Origin: Candidatus Woesearchaeota archaeon
GTDB lineage: Archaea > Nanobdellota > Nanobdellia > Woesearchaeales > ARS49
Reading direction: 5' to 3'
DNA length: 46,365 bases
Assembly: GCA_041599235.1 (NCBI GenBank)
Contig: JBFHWZ010000001.1
Location: 1 to 46,365, forward strand
This document shows positions 1 through 9,700 of this stretch, one piece after another. The position numbers were made by a program, and so were the translations under genes. The notes below the pieces were generated by a model. It was not told where the DNA came from. It saw only the letters and a list, made by a program, of their open reading frames with translations, and made no database searches. The stretch's first letter is position 1. Every line of letters starts with the position of its first letter.

Positions 1-1
1 G

Positions 2-118
2 CATGAAAAAACAATTGTGATGAATTTACTTGGCTGGAAGCTTGGCTGGCTCGGCACCTACATCATATTTGCATTGGTATTCTCACTGGTATTAAGAAAA
101 CTGATGAAAGTGTATTAA
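2..118 (+). CDS. 3' end of an ORF entering from the left edge (or a 32-aa ORF from ATG 20); hydrophobic C-terminal helix
   Basis: Frame is open from position 2 to TAA 116-118. Translation is ..HEKTIVMNLLGWKLGWLGTYIIFALVFSLVLRKLMKVY. Not in the supplied track. It overlaps the stop of the convergent gene by 4 nt. Confidence 0.25.
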   Translation, partial: HEKTIVMNLLGWKLGWLGTYIIFALVFSLVLRKLMKVY

Positions 119-429
119 GCAGCATACATTTTTTCATAAATCTGTTCTAATTCTGCATCCCATGGTTCATTAAGCACTTTTCTGATTGCTTTTTCTTCGC
201 CCAGGAGTGTTTTTGGCTTGAGATGAGTCATTAACAAATGGAGCATTTCGTGGGTATGGGTTTGTGAAAACAAGTTCACAAACTGCGGAAAGTTATATGC
301 TTCTTTCCATAAGCGTTGAATATTAACATGGATAGTGGTGCCTTCGGTGAAAGCATAGTCACTATCTTTGATTAGTTTGAGTCGTCTCTGTTGCTTCTTC
401 ACTGTAAAACCCCTTCTATACAATACCAA
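115..429 (-). CDS. Small hypothetical protein with HExxH metallopeptidase-type motif (THTHEMLHLLMTH); non-ATG start
   Basis: 104-aa ORF. The only in-frame ATG lies inside the HEMLH motif, so initiation must be TTG 427-429 or a later GTG. A palindromic TATA-like CTATATAG lies at 469-476. Confidence 0.45.
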   Translation of the reverse strand: MVLYRRGFTVKKQQRRLKLIKDSDYAFTEGTTIHVNIQRLWKEAYNFPQFVNLFSQTHTHEMLHLLMTHLKPKTLLGEEKAIRKVLNEPWDAELEQIYEKMYAA

Positions 430-630
430 GATGAAGTGTTTAATATATCTTATGGAACATATATTTTTCTATATAGTAAATAATCTTAAGCTCCAGAAGA
501 AATCCGATTTTGCCTCCAGAAGGCTTATAAAGCCCAAAATCAAGGGTTTCCATGTGCAACCAAGGAGGTATAGCAATCCTGAGATTCATATTTAAAGACA
601 AAAGTATTTAAATACTTCCTCCTTTTAAGC

Positions 631-638
631 TTTAAATA
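631..638 (+). promoter_or_regulatory. TATA box of tbp (TTTAAATA), leaderless geometry
   Basis: Centre is about 26 nt upstream of ATG 660. A second TATTTAAATA lies at 605-614. Confidence 0.6.
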
Positions 639-659
639 GTATCTATTGGGGGTGGCCAT

Positions 660-1268
660 ATGGCTAAACGTAAAAAGGCAAAAAAGGCCGCAAAAAAAGT
701 TAAGAAAAAGGCACCTGCCGCAAAAAGCACTAGAGAAATCAAAGTAGTTAATATTGTTGTTTCTGCAAGTCTTGGTCATGACATTCCTTTGGAAAAAATG
801 GCTGCAACACTCAGCAATACTGAGTACAATCCAGAACAATTTCCAGGACTGGTCATCAGAATCAAGGAACCAAAGACCAGCGCACTTATTTTCAGCAGCG
901 GCAAAATCGTCTGCACCGGTGCGCGTACCTTGGATGAGGTTCATGAAAGCATCCGTAAAATCATCAAAAGTCTTGAAAAAATCAATGTTAAGATCAAAAA
1001 GGAGCCAGAGATTAATGTCCAGAACATAGTGGCATCAGGCAGTGTTGGTATGGCACTGAACCTGAACGTGCTGGCTATGAAGCTTGACAACACTGAGTAC
1101 GAGCCAGAGCAGTTCCCTGGCTTGGTGTACAAGCTGCCTGAGCACAAGGCAACCTTCCTGTTGTTCTCCAACGGCAAAGTTGTTTGCACAGGAACCAAAA
1201 GCTCAGATGAAGTAAACCGTGCGCTTGACAAGCTTATTGAGAACTTAAAGAAAGTCAAGCAAAAATAA
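660..1268 (+). CDS. tbp: TATA-box binding protein with Lys-rich N-terminal extension
   Basis: Two TBP repeats are present: NIVVSASLG..EYNPEQFPGLVIRI..ALIFSSGKIVCTGA and NIVASGSVG..EYEPEQFPGLVYKL..FLLFSNGKVVCTGT. The N-terminus is MAKRKKAKKAAKKVKKKAPAAKS. Confidence 0.97.
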   Translation: MAKRKKAKKAAKKVKKKAPAAKSTREIKVVNIVVSASLGHDIPLEKMAATLSNTEYNPEQFPGLVIRIKEPKTSALIFSSGKIVCTGARTLDEVHESIRKIIKSLEKINVKIKKEPEINVQNIVASGSVGMALNLNVLAMKLDNTEYEPEQFPGLVYKLPEHKATFLLFSNGKVVCTGTKSSDEVNRALDKLIENLKKVKQK

Positions 1269-1327
1269 GGGAGCACTGGACATTTGCGCGTAAAAGATAC
1301 TAAATAGCTTAAGCCATATAAAAAAAG

Positions 1328-3334
1328 ATGGAAACCCAACAATTGCTGGCAAAACTGCAGGAATTTATAGAGAAATACTATTATGCAGAGCTCCTTGAAA
1401 GCTCCAGAAAAGGCATCAAGTTCTTAGTTATTGATTTCCAGCACCTGAGCCAGTTTGATCCTGAATTTGCAGAACTGCTGCTTGACCAGCCCGATGAGTC
1501 CCTAAGAGCAATTGAGCTGGCTATTGAGCAGTTTGACCTTAAAGAAAAACATATTACCGTGCGCGTAAAGAACCTGCCTAAAACAAGTGCTATTATGGTG
1601 CGGAATGTGCGCAGTAAGCACCTGACCAAGTTTGTGATGATTGAAGGTGTGGTCAGGCAAAAGAGCGATGTGCGGCCGCAGGTCACCTCCGCACGGTTTG
1701 AATGCCCCAGCTGCGGCAATACCTTAAACACCCTGCAATTAGACAACAAATTCAAAGAGCCTTCTCGCTGTTCATGCGGCAGAAAAGGTAAGTTCCGGTT
1801 GTTAAGCAAGGAGCTGTGCGATGCGCAAGGTTTGGTCTTAGAGGAAATTCCTGAGCAGCTTGAAGGTGGCGAGCAACCCAAGCGCATTAATGCCTTTTTG
1901 AAAAACGATTTGGTAAGCCCCTTAAGTGAAAGAAAAACCAACCCCGGAAGCAGGGTGCTTATCTGCGGCGTTATCAAAGAAGTACCCATCATAACCCGAC
2001 AAGGAACCCAAAGCACGCGTTTTGATCTCTTATTTGAAGCTAACTATGTTGAGTCTATTGAAGAGGATTTTAGTGATATTGCAATTGATGATAAAGAAAT
2101 GCAGCAGATCATTGCCTTAAGCAAAGATCCGCAGCGCATGCAGAAACTTGTTGAAAGCATCGCACCAAGCATTTATGGCCATGACAAAATAAAAGAAGCA
2201 CTGCTGTGCCAGATTGCAGGCGGTGTCCGCAAGAAACGCGATGATGGAGTCATTACACGCGGTGACATGCACGTGCTGCTGGTAGGTGATCCTGGAGCAG
2301 CAAAAAGCCAGATGCTCAAACGTATTAATGTTGTTGCCCCTAAAGCGCGTTATGTTACAGGTAAAGGCGCTACGGGCACTGGTTTGTCAGCTGCAGTGGT
2401 TAAAGATGAGTTCTTGCAGGGCTGGAGCCTTGAAGCAGGGGCCTTAGTATTGGCAAATAAGGGCATTTGTATGATTGACGAGCTTGACAAGATGAGCAAA
2501 GAAGACACCTGGGCCATGCATGAAGCACTTGAGCAGCAAACAGTGACTATTAACAAAGCAAATATTCAAGCATCTTTGCACTGTGAGACCACTGTGCTTG
2601 CAGCAGCTAATCCAAAATTCGGCCGTTTTGACCCGTATGACACTGTTGCAAACCAGATTGACCTGCCGCCAACACTTATCAATCGTTTTGACCTTATTTT
2701 CCCTATCAAGGACCTGCCTGATGCAGGCAAAGATGAAAAAATGGCACAGTTCATTCTTGCATTACATAAGAATAATGTTGAAACTCCTCCTGTTGAAACA
2801 CGCCTTTTGCGCAAGTACCTTGCGTATGCAAAACAAAATATCATGCCGCAATTAACAGATGCTGCAATTGCTGAACTTCAGCGGTATTACCTGCAGATGC
2901 GCTCGTCAGCGAGCGGCGCTGGTGTCAAGGCAATACCCATCAGTGCTCGACAGCTTGAGGGTCTGGTACGATTGGCAGAAGCCTGCGCACGATTGCGCTT
3001 AAGTGCTGAAGTCACCAAGCAAGATGCACTGGATGCCATTGAGTTAATGGATTACTGCTTGCGGCAAGTTGCCTTTGATGAAGAAACAGGCACCATTGAC
3101 ATTGACCGCATTGCAACCGCTATTCCTGCGTCGCAACGAAACAAGATTCTCCTTGTCAAGGAAGTCATTGGTGACTTAGAGAATAAATTAGGCAAGACCA
3201 TTCCGCTTGAAGATGTCACTAAAGGCTGTGTTGACAAAGGCATGTCAGAAAGCGAAGTTGAAGAGATTCTGCAAAAGCTCAAGCGTGCTGGCGATGTGTA
3301 CGAACCACGACCAGGATTTATCACCAAGCTTTAA
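1328..3334 (+). CDS. mcm: MCM replicative helicase
   Basis: Zn motif CPSCGN..CSCG, Walker A GDPGAAKSQ, Walker B CMIDELDKM, arginine-finger region NRFDLIF. TATA at about 1297-1307 puts the TSS at ATG 1328. Size and motif continuity argue against an intein. Confidence 0.97.
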   Translation: METQQLLAKLQEFIEKYYYAELLESSRKGIKFLVIDFQHLSQFDPEFAELLLDQPDESLRAIELAIEQFDLKEKHITVRVKNLPKTSAIMVRNVRSKHLTKFVMIEGVVRQKSDVRPQVTSARFECPSCGNTLNTLQLDNKFKEPSRCSCGRKGKFRLLSKELCDAQGLVLEEIPEQLEGGEQPKRINAFLKNDLVSPLSERKTNPGSRVLICGVIKEVPIITRQGTQSTRFDLLFEANYVESIEEDFSDIAIDDKEMQQIIALSKDPQRMQKLVESIAPSIYGHDKIKEALLCQIAGGVRKKRDDGVITRGDMHVLLVGDPGAAKSQMLKRINVVAPKARYVTGKGATGTGLSAAVVKDEFLQGWSLEAGALVLANKGICMIDELDKMSKEDTWAMHEALEQQTVTINKANIQASLHCETTVLAAANPKFGRFDPYDTVANQIDLPPTLINRFDLIFPIKDLPDAGKDEKMAQFILALHKNNVETPPVETRLLRKYLAYAKQNIMPQLTDAAIAELQRYYLQMRSSASGAGVKAIPISARQLEGLVRLAEACARLRLSAEVTKQDALDAIELMDYCLRQVAFDEETGTIDIDRIATAIPASQRNKILLVKEVIGDLENKLGKTIPLEDVTKGCVDKGMSESEVEEILQKLKRAGDVYEPRPGFITKL

Positions 3335-4416
3335 GCTTCTATATCCGGCGTTGCTGCTTGCGCTGCACTGATGCGTGATAAGGCATTGCAGCTTTGGGCT
3401 AAGTACTTGTTCACAATAAGCGAACAACTGCTGAAATCACTGAGTTCTGATGCAAATTCTAGATAGCAGCGGTCTTTGGTTGGTTCTTCAAGCACATTTT
3501 GACATATGTTTGCATTGCGGCTGCCAATGGCAACTTCTGCATAGCAGGCATCTGCATACCTTGTTCTGCCAAGGCTTGTGCAAATAGCTATTGCTGTTTG
3601 CGGGTCAGTTGCGCTTAGTTGTGCTGCTTGTTGTACAAGCTGATCAGGTGTTTTTTCCCGCTGCACGCAGTCTTCAGCACAGCTGGTTTTGGTTTCTCCT
3701 GCTTCGCAAATCAAGTTACCACAGCAGGGCTTAATAGCTACGTGTGTGCATTTGCCTTTGACACAGCTGTCTTGCGTGCATGCATTTAGATCGTCACAAT
3801 CTGTTGGGCAGTCCAGAGCTGCTGGTTTAAGTTCAGGGGTTGCTCCTAGCACGGGCTGTGCTTGAGTGGGCTCTACAATGGCAAAGTTCAGTTTAGCTTG
3901 TGCTGTTTTGCCGTCATAGGTTGCGATTGTGGTGAGTGTGTACTGGCCAGGGTTGAGCGTGGATGGCAGAGGAATTTGTGTTTGCGTGCTTAATGCTTGA
4001 GCTACAGTTACTGTTTCTTGACGTTGTGCAACCTGCTGGTTAGCAGCATCAACAATGGTATGCTGCAATTGCACAGTCACGCGAGCTTCTTGGTCACTGG
4101 AAAGCTGTTTGAGAAACGTAAATCGGTCTCCTGCAGCAAGTTGTGTTTGTGTTGCTTGCAAGCTCAGCTCAACATATTTTGGCTCTGGAGCAGTAAACGT
4201 AAGAATCGCTATGCCTATGAGCACTAACACGAGAATGCCTGCGCCAATCAAGGCAAGCGTTTTTGCTGAAATAACTTTTCGCTGACCTGTTTGCAAGGCC
4301 TGGTCTACCTGACGCGGATCATATCCTGCTTGGATAAGTTGTGTGCGTATGGTGCCTGCATCATAGCCTGCAGCGCGCAAGCGGCTGATATAATCAATAA
4401 TTGACTGTTCCACCAT
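3331..4416 (-). CDS. Bitopic membrane protein: short cytoplasmic N-domain, one TM helix, beta-rich ectodomain, Cys-rich C-terminal modules
   Basis: TM segment LALIGAGILVLVLIGIAILTF. Cys-rich stretch CPTDCDDLNACTQDSCVKGKCTHVAIKPCCGNLICEAGETKTSCAEDC, followed by spaced single Cys repeats. TATA AAAGATTTAAATAT on the minus strand at 4443-4456. Confidence 0.6.
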   Translation of the reverse strand: MVEQSIIDYISRLRAAGYDAGTIRTQLIQAGYDPRQVDQALQTGQRKVISAKTLALIGAGILVLVLIGIAILTFTAPEPKYVELSLQATQTQLAAGDRFTFLKQLSSDQEARVTVQLQHTIVDAANQQVAQRQETVTVAQALSTQTQIPLPSTLNPGQYTLTTIATYDGKTAQAKLNFAIVEPTQAQPVLGATPELKPAALDCPTDCDDLNACTQDSCVKGKCTHVAIKPCCGNLICEAGETKTSCAEDCVQREKTPDQLVQQAAQLSATDPQTAIAICTSLGRTRYADACYAEVAIGSRNANICQNVLEEPTKDRCYLEFASELSDFSSCSLIVNKYLAQSCNALSRISAAQAATPDIEA

Positions 4417-4511
4417 CTTTTTACGTATTTTTGTGTTCCTTCATATTTAAATCTTTACTTGAGTATACAAAAGTATTTAAGCTGGGTTTTGCATGACTCC
4501 TGTGGGGGACA

Positions 4512-5114
4512 ATGGCTGATATCAAACGTCAAGTAGCTATGAAAGTGCGGCTCGCTGAGCTTGCTTCAGGCACGTATATTCAGGAGTCAGGGCTGCGGCC
4601 AAATTACATTCTAACAAAAGATAATAAGAAGATTTCCCGGGTGAATGTCATGGGCGTCGTGGTCTCGCTCGGTGCATTTCCTGGAGCACAAAGTTTTGTT
4701 CTTGATGATGGCAGTGCAAAAATAACTGTGCGCGCGTTTGAAGAAAATCCTGCTTTTGCAGTTGACCTTGGTGTGCCGGTCTTGGTGGTTGGCAGGCCGC
4801 GTGCATACAATAATGAGATCTATGTGCTGCCTGAAATCGTGAAGCCCATAACTGATCAAAACTGGATTCAGGTGCGCAAGCTTGAGTTGGGCTCGCCAGA
4901 AGAAGCAGTGCCTGCTGTTGTTGAAGAAACAGTCCACGAGCAAAGCGCGACTGATGAGGTCTACAGCTTGATTAAGCAGTTGGATGCTGGCACTGGCGTG
5001 CTTATTGATGATGTTATTGCTAAAATTGCTGGCGCAGAGCAGGCTATTCAGGGCTTGCTCAGCAGAGGGGATGTGTTTGAAGTAAGCCCAGGCAGGGTGA
5101 AAGTGCTTGATTAG
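4512..5114 (+). CDS. RPA32/Stn1-like OB-fold ssDNA-binding protein with C-terminal winged-helix-like domain
   Basis: OB signature VNVMGVVVSL..FVLDDGSAKITVRAFEE..VLVVGRPRAYNNEIYVLPEIVKPITDQNW. C-terminal segment VYSLIKQLDAG..DVIAKI...LLSRGDVFEV resembles the RPA32 C-terminal wH. Confidence 0.6.
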   Translation: MADIKRQVAMKVRLAELASGTYIQESGLRPNYILTKDNKKISRVNVMGVVVSLGAFPGAQSFVLDDGSAKITVRAFEENPAFAVDLGVPVLVVGRPRAYNNEIYVLPEIVKPITDQNWIQVRKLELGSPEEAVPAVVEETVHEQSATDEVYSLIKQLDAGTGVLIDDVIAKIAGAEQAIQGLLSRGDVFEVSPGRVKVLD

Positions 5115-5959
5115 AATAAGATCGGTGTCACAAATACTTCTAACAATGCTGCAACAAAAAGTATGAAGACTGCTATAAGAATCAAGTCTGAGCTGTCCAA
5201 AAGTATGCGCTCAAAATTTTTTGTTGCAAAATCATGCTTTATGACTGCAACTGACAATATGCCGCCAGCAAGTCCGGCAACAAAGTATGCGGCGATTTCA
5301 GGAATGCCGTGTATGGCATAGCGTAAGATGCCTAGTCCTGTTGCATAAAAATAAGCACCGACTTTTTGAAAGCCAACTGCTGATGCGTACTGGGCAAGGT
5401 GTGTTCTGACAAAGTTGCCAGCAGCTGCTCCTATCACTGACGCGTTCCAGGACAGGATGAATATGGCGCCACTGCCGTAAATAAAGCTAAACAGGATGCA
5501 AAAGATCATCACCTTGACATTGTTGAGGAAAATTTTGTTCAGTAGGCTCAGCTGTGCCACAGAGCCAGTAACCTGCTGGTTGAGGCTGGCGATGGTTTGT
5601 GTTTGAACGCGAAATAAGCTATTGGACAGTTGTGATGGCAGCACAACATACCAGAATGCAAAGGCTACGGTCAGCCCAATAAATAGCATAAGAAAGAACA
5701 TGATTGCCTTGCTGTGCTCCTTGAGCAGCGACCGTTCTGACGGCAAAAATAAGTCTTTTTCTTCCTCTGCCTTGATGGTTGCATAAAACATTGGCAATGC
5801 TGCCATAACGGTGAGAAACACCATGACTAAACTAGCATATTCTTCAAAGATCCACAAACTCAAAAACAGCGCAATACTGCCGTAAAAAAAACCAATAATC
5901 AGTACGTGCCAAGAGTGTTTAACTGGTTTGAATGGATTGAATATTGATTCAAGCACCAT
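5111..5959 (-). CDS. SpoIIM-like (DUF95 family) polytopic membrane protein
   Basis: About 6 hydrophobic helices. Family-like core FLNNVKVMIFCILFSFIYGSGAIFILSWNASVIGAAAG. TATA 5983-5990 is centred 27 nt from ATG 5959. Confidence 0.55.
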   Translation of the reverse strand: MVLESIFNPFKPVKHSWHVLIIGFFYGSIALFLSLWIFEEYASLVMVFLTVMAALPMFYATIKAEEEKDLFLPSERSLLKEHSKAIMFFLMLFIGLTVAFAFWYVVLPSQLSNSLFRVQTQTIASLNQQVTGSVAQLSLLNKIFLNNVKVMIFCILFSFIYGSGAIFILSWNASVIGAAAGNFVRTHLAQYASAVGFQKVGAYFYATGLGILRYAIHGIPEIAAYFVAGLAGGILSVAVIKHDFATKNFERILLDSSDLILIAVFILFVAALLEVFVTPILF

Positions 5960-6043
5960 GCATGCTGAAGCCCCTTCATGCCTATAAATAGTTTTTGTTT
6001 GAAAACAAATACTTTTATAAACACGCGCCTGCTTTTTACACGT

Positions 6044-6454
6044 ATGGGGTATGAAGCATTATTGAAGCGAGCACGGGAAAAACTGCCCGAGAGCGTGTTT
6101 GAGAAAGAGCGCTTTGAGATTCCTAAAGTGCGCGGGCACATTGAAGGCGCTAAAACAGTCATAAGTAACTTTTCTCAGATAGCTAGCATACTCCGCCGCC
6201 CTATTGACCATTTGCTCAAGTTCATTCTCCGCGAATTGGCAACACCAGGCGAAATCAGAAAGTCTGGATTGTTGGTTTTGAAAAGCAAAGTTGCTGCATC
6301 GCGGATAAATGAAAAAATACGGCAGTATGCGCACACCTTTGTGTTGTGTCCCGACTGCGGCAAGCCCGACACTGAAATCAAAAAAGAAGGCGACTTTAGT
6401 TTTTTGAAGTGCAGTGCCTGCGGTGCAAAGCATCCAGTCAAGAGCAAGATCTAA
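6044..6454 (+). CDS. eif2b: Translation initiation factor aIF2 beta subunit
   Basis: C-terminal zinc ribbon CPDCGKPDTEIKKEGDFSFLKCSACGA and an aIF2-beta-like core. Start moved from 5978 to ATG 6044 because TATA TTTTATAAA 6013-6021 is centred 27 nt upstream of 6044. Confidence 0.9.
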   Translation: MGYEALLKRAREKLPESVFEKERFEIPKVRGHIEGAKTVISNFSQIASILRRPIDHLLKFILRELATPGEIRKSGLLVLKSKVAASRINEKIRQYAHTFVLCPDCGKPDTEIKKEGDFSFLKCSACGAKHPVKSKI

Positions 6455-6750
6455 TGATAGTTAAAGTACATAAAAAAGAAGGGCGGACCCTAGTGTCAGT
6501 AGTTGATTCAGAACTGCTCGGCAAAAAATTTGAAGAAGGTGACCGGCAGCTTGACCTCACCAGCGAATTCTATAAGGGCGAAGAAATGGATGAAGCGCAT
6601 GCTGGCGATATCATCAGGAATGCTGATATGGTGCACTTGGTCGGCAAACAAGCCATCAAGCTAGGCATTGCAGAAGATGTTATTGAAGAAGGGCATGTTA
6701 TGATGGTGCAGGGCATTCCGCACGCGCAGGGATTGGTCATTACTGATTAA
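6454..6750 (+). CDS. Conserved archaeal DUF424-like small protein
   Basis: MIVKVHKKEGRTLVSVVDSELLGKKFEEG...GIPHAQ. TAATG stop/start overlap with aIF2-beta indicates translational coupling. Confidence 0.6.
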   Translation: MIVKVHKKEGRTLVSVVDSELLGKKFEEGDRQLDLTSEFYKGEEMDEAHAGDIIRNADMVHLVGKQAIKLGIAEDVIEEGHVMMVQGIPHAQGLVITD

Positions 6751-9700
6751 CCAAACCACGCCCCTAAGCCTGTTTGTTTTTCTTTTTCTTTGCCAAAGAC
6801 ACCTTCGATGCGCTCTTGCAATAAATCAATGGATTGTTTAAGATAATCACTTACATTATATTTCTTTGCAAGGCTGATGGTTGGCTCAAGATACTTAATG
6901 ACTGACCCTTCTGAAATAGTAAACACTATTTTTCCTTTGCACTTGAGGCATTTACCCACCAAGGGCGGCCTGCGGTATTTTTCATTGCAGTGCACGCAGC
7001 GGAACTCCTGCATGGAAAATTTGCGCAGGTTTCCTTTAGTGTCACGAATAAAGTGTTTTTCAATAACCAAGCGCGCTACGTCAGTTGTGTCAACTGCCCT
7101 TATTTTTTCTGCAAGCACCATCTGGCCTGCTAGTTTTTCTTGCATACTAGGTAGTGTTTTGTATGATGAGCAGAGTGCTGCATTGTTGAAGTTGCTGGTC
7201 TCGTGCGTATACTTCATGCCTTCGTATTGCTCAGGAGTCTCAAGCACTTTTTTGAGCTGTTGGATGGGAACATCCCAGGGCATTTTGTATTCAAGCGCTG
7301 CTTCGTATAATGCCAGGGGGTAGTTGCCAACACGATCGAGGTCAAAAACCATGTCATCAACCTCTGTTGGAATGATGACTGACGTGAGTACCAGTGGAGC
7401 GTCCATGGTTGACCCTCTGCTTGCTGGAAGGTAGCGCTTTGAAAAATTAAGAAAGGCATCGAGGAGTAGAGAAACACTTGATTCATCTCCATCACAGTCT
7501 CGCCGTGTTGCTGCATGCAGGTACGGGTGTGCAAAAAAGCCCTGCGTTTTGCTAAAACCGATGAGGCGGCCTACAATGGCTGCGCTCGTGTGCGGTGCAA
7601 GGCATAACAGCAGTGTGCCGACAAGGTCATCTGCTGTTTTAACATTGTAAAACGGTTGAAGATTGTAGAAACTAACTAGCAAATCATCAACAAACTGTGC
7701 TGCCTTAATCAGCACTGTTGCTGCCCCCTCGTCAGGGCTGTCAGGGCATTGGGGAAGCACAATGTCTTGCGGTTTGATTTCCAATACTTGGTCGGCTTTT
7801 TCCAGTGGCTTGCCTTTGATGTCAGTATCATATCCCAGGCTTTTGAGTTTTGCAACACTGGTTCCTATTTCACGCGGCTTAAAGTGCGTCATGGGGAGTT
7901 GGGTCATGTCATAGCGTATAGTGCCGTCTTTGTTAACGTGAACGTGGTGCTTTGCTCTGAGAATGCCTTTTGCAAAGTGCTCAGGCGTATGGTCAACATT
8001 GCTGGTTCCCCGCACGCCTTTGATGAGCTCGGGATAGGTCTTCATGCCAAGCTTACGCAGCGAATGCTCAAATAAGGTCTTAATGGGAATGGCTTGCCGT
8101 TGGTAGCCAACGGTTTCACCGTGCGTCTTACATGTTTTTTCAGTGCTCCAAAGCGCGCAGCCTTTGCAGTAAAAAAGCCGTTGGGTTGGTTTGCTGCAGC
8201 CAGGACATAAGGGGACAGCATGCTGCGTTTTGCACAGCGTGCATTGATACAGAGGAAACTCTGCAGTGATGCGTCCTTTTTGCATGGCATTCTGGAAGCT
8301 TCGGTATTTGCCCCCTTCTTCCCCTACTGGGAAGAGTGCGTGGGGACTGCCAGTAAGTTTGCGCATCTTTGCTTTTTCTGGCCTGCCCATGCGCGAGCCA
8401 ATGAAGGTTCCGCCCTTATCGCGCATGAAAACCGGCGCTATGCTATTGAGCGCGTCAACAGTTGTTTCGCCAGTTGGTTGCTCAGGTGAGCTAAAAGCCA
8501 GCACCGTGCTTAAAATAGTTGCATGATCGCCTGCAATAACCACGTTTTCTTTGTTAACAATAGTGTGTGGAACGCCGATAAGTTCAAGTGCGCGTTTTGG
8601 TTCTGATTCCAGCAACACCACCCCTTTGGTTGTCTGGCCTTGTTCAGTGAAAAGTTTCATGCGAGCAAGCCACGTGCGTAGTTGTGCGAGCTGTTCTAAG
8701 GATAGTGTGTTCCAATAATAGGTGTACTTGGGATGTAACGGTATGTTGAGCTTGTTGCTGAGGTGCAGTGCTGTTTGTACGCTAATCTGTGCAGGATTGG
8801 TGAACACTTCACGGAGTGTTTGCACTGACACGTCAGTGAGCTCTGCTATTTTTTCATAGTCAACTGCTCCAAAGCTTTCAATGGCTTTTTTTTCAAATTC
8901 TTGAATCCACCACTCAGGACAATATCCTGCTGGAACCAGGGCGTGCGCGCGGTTAAAAAAATCTCCGTAGTTAACGAGAATATCACCCAAATAAAGTATT
9001 TCGGCAATGTTCGCATTGCTCACTTGTTCCATGGTGGTGGGCTGCAGAACGCTGCCATCAACTAATTTCACAATAGGCCCTTCAATAGTATCGCAGGCAG
9101 TAACAACCGTGCCTTTGCCGGGACGTTCAAGCTTGAGCTGTGTGCCTGTTGCAATGTAGTTTGTTGTGACTGCCATGGTTGCTGGATGCAGGGCGTAGCT
9201 CGAATAGCCGCTTGTTCGTGCGCGGCCGTATCGAAGCCTGAATCCGCCGCTTCGCAGGGGATGCGCAAGGATAGGTCTTCCTGCAACCAAGTCTTTGATG
9301 TACGTGTGGTCTGCCTGTATCTTGCTTGAGCTCGAAGCGCTTTTAGCGCCTTTTGCTTTTTCTTTTTTTTGTACTTTGATGAATTCCTCTAAAAAATCCC
9401 ATTGCTCGAGATTAAACTCTTTGCCCCAGCTTCCGAGCTGCTTCCATAGTTTTGGTGCTTTAAGGGGAATGCATGATGAGTATACCAGGCAATAGCCGCT
9501 TCTGATGATGTCTGTTTCAATGCGCGGCAGGTTTTTGTAGTTTGAAACTTCAAAGCGCTCTGAGGGGTCTGCGTCGATTTCAACAGGCATGTGTTTGACT
9601 AAAAATTCAACTTCTGCGGGGCTGGGGTAATATTGAAGGTTGGTGACGCGCTCATGATAGTCTTGCAGTTCAGTGACCGCGCGCTTGACTTCTGCGTCAG

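Noticed and set aside
17-108. GTGATGA (17-23) ... CTGA (101-104) as a C/D-box sRNA
   Set aside because: The boxes are 78 nt apart with no D'/C' pair at 12-nt spacing and no terminal stem. The region reads well as the hydrophobic C-terminus of a protein.
1381-2016. 211-aa minus-strand ORF
   Set aside because: It is antisense to mcm, whose frame carries zinc, Walker A/B and arginine-finger motifs. It has no independent signals.
5978-6043. N-terminal extensions of track ORFs (5978, 15602, 17230, 22640, 26320, 26423, 26728, 33317, 40122, 41236, 42885)
   Set aside because: Most begin at TTG or GTG and contain the TATA box of the gene itself. The first ATG sits about 27 nt from a TATA centre or 6-10 nt after an SD, so the shorter forms were adopted.
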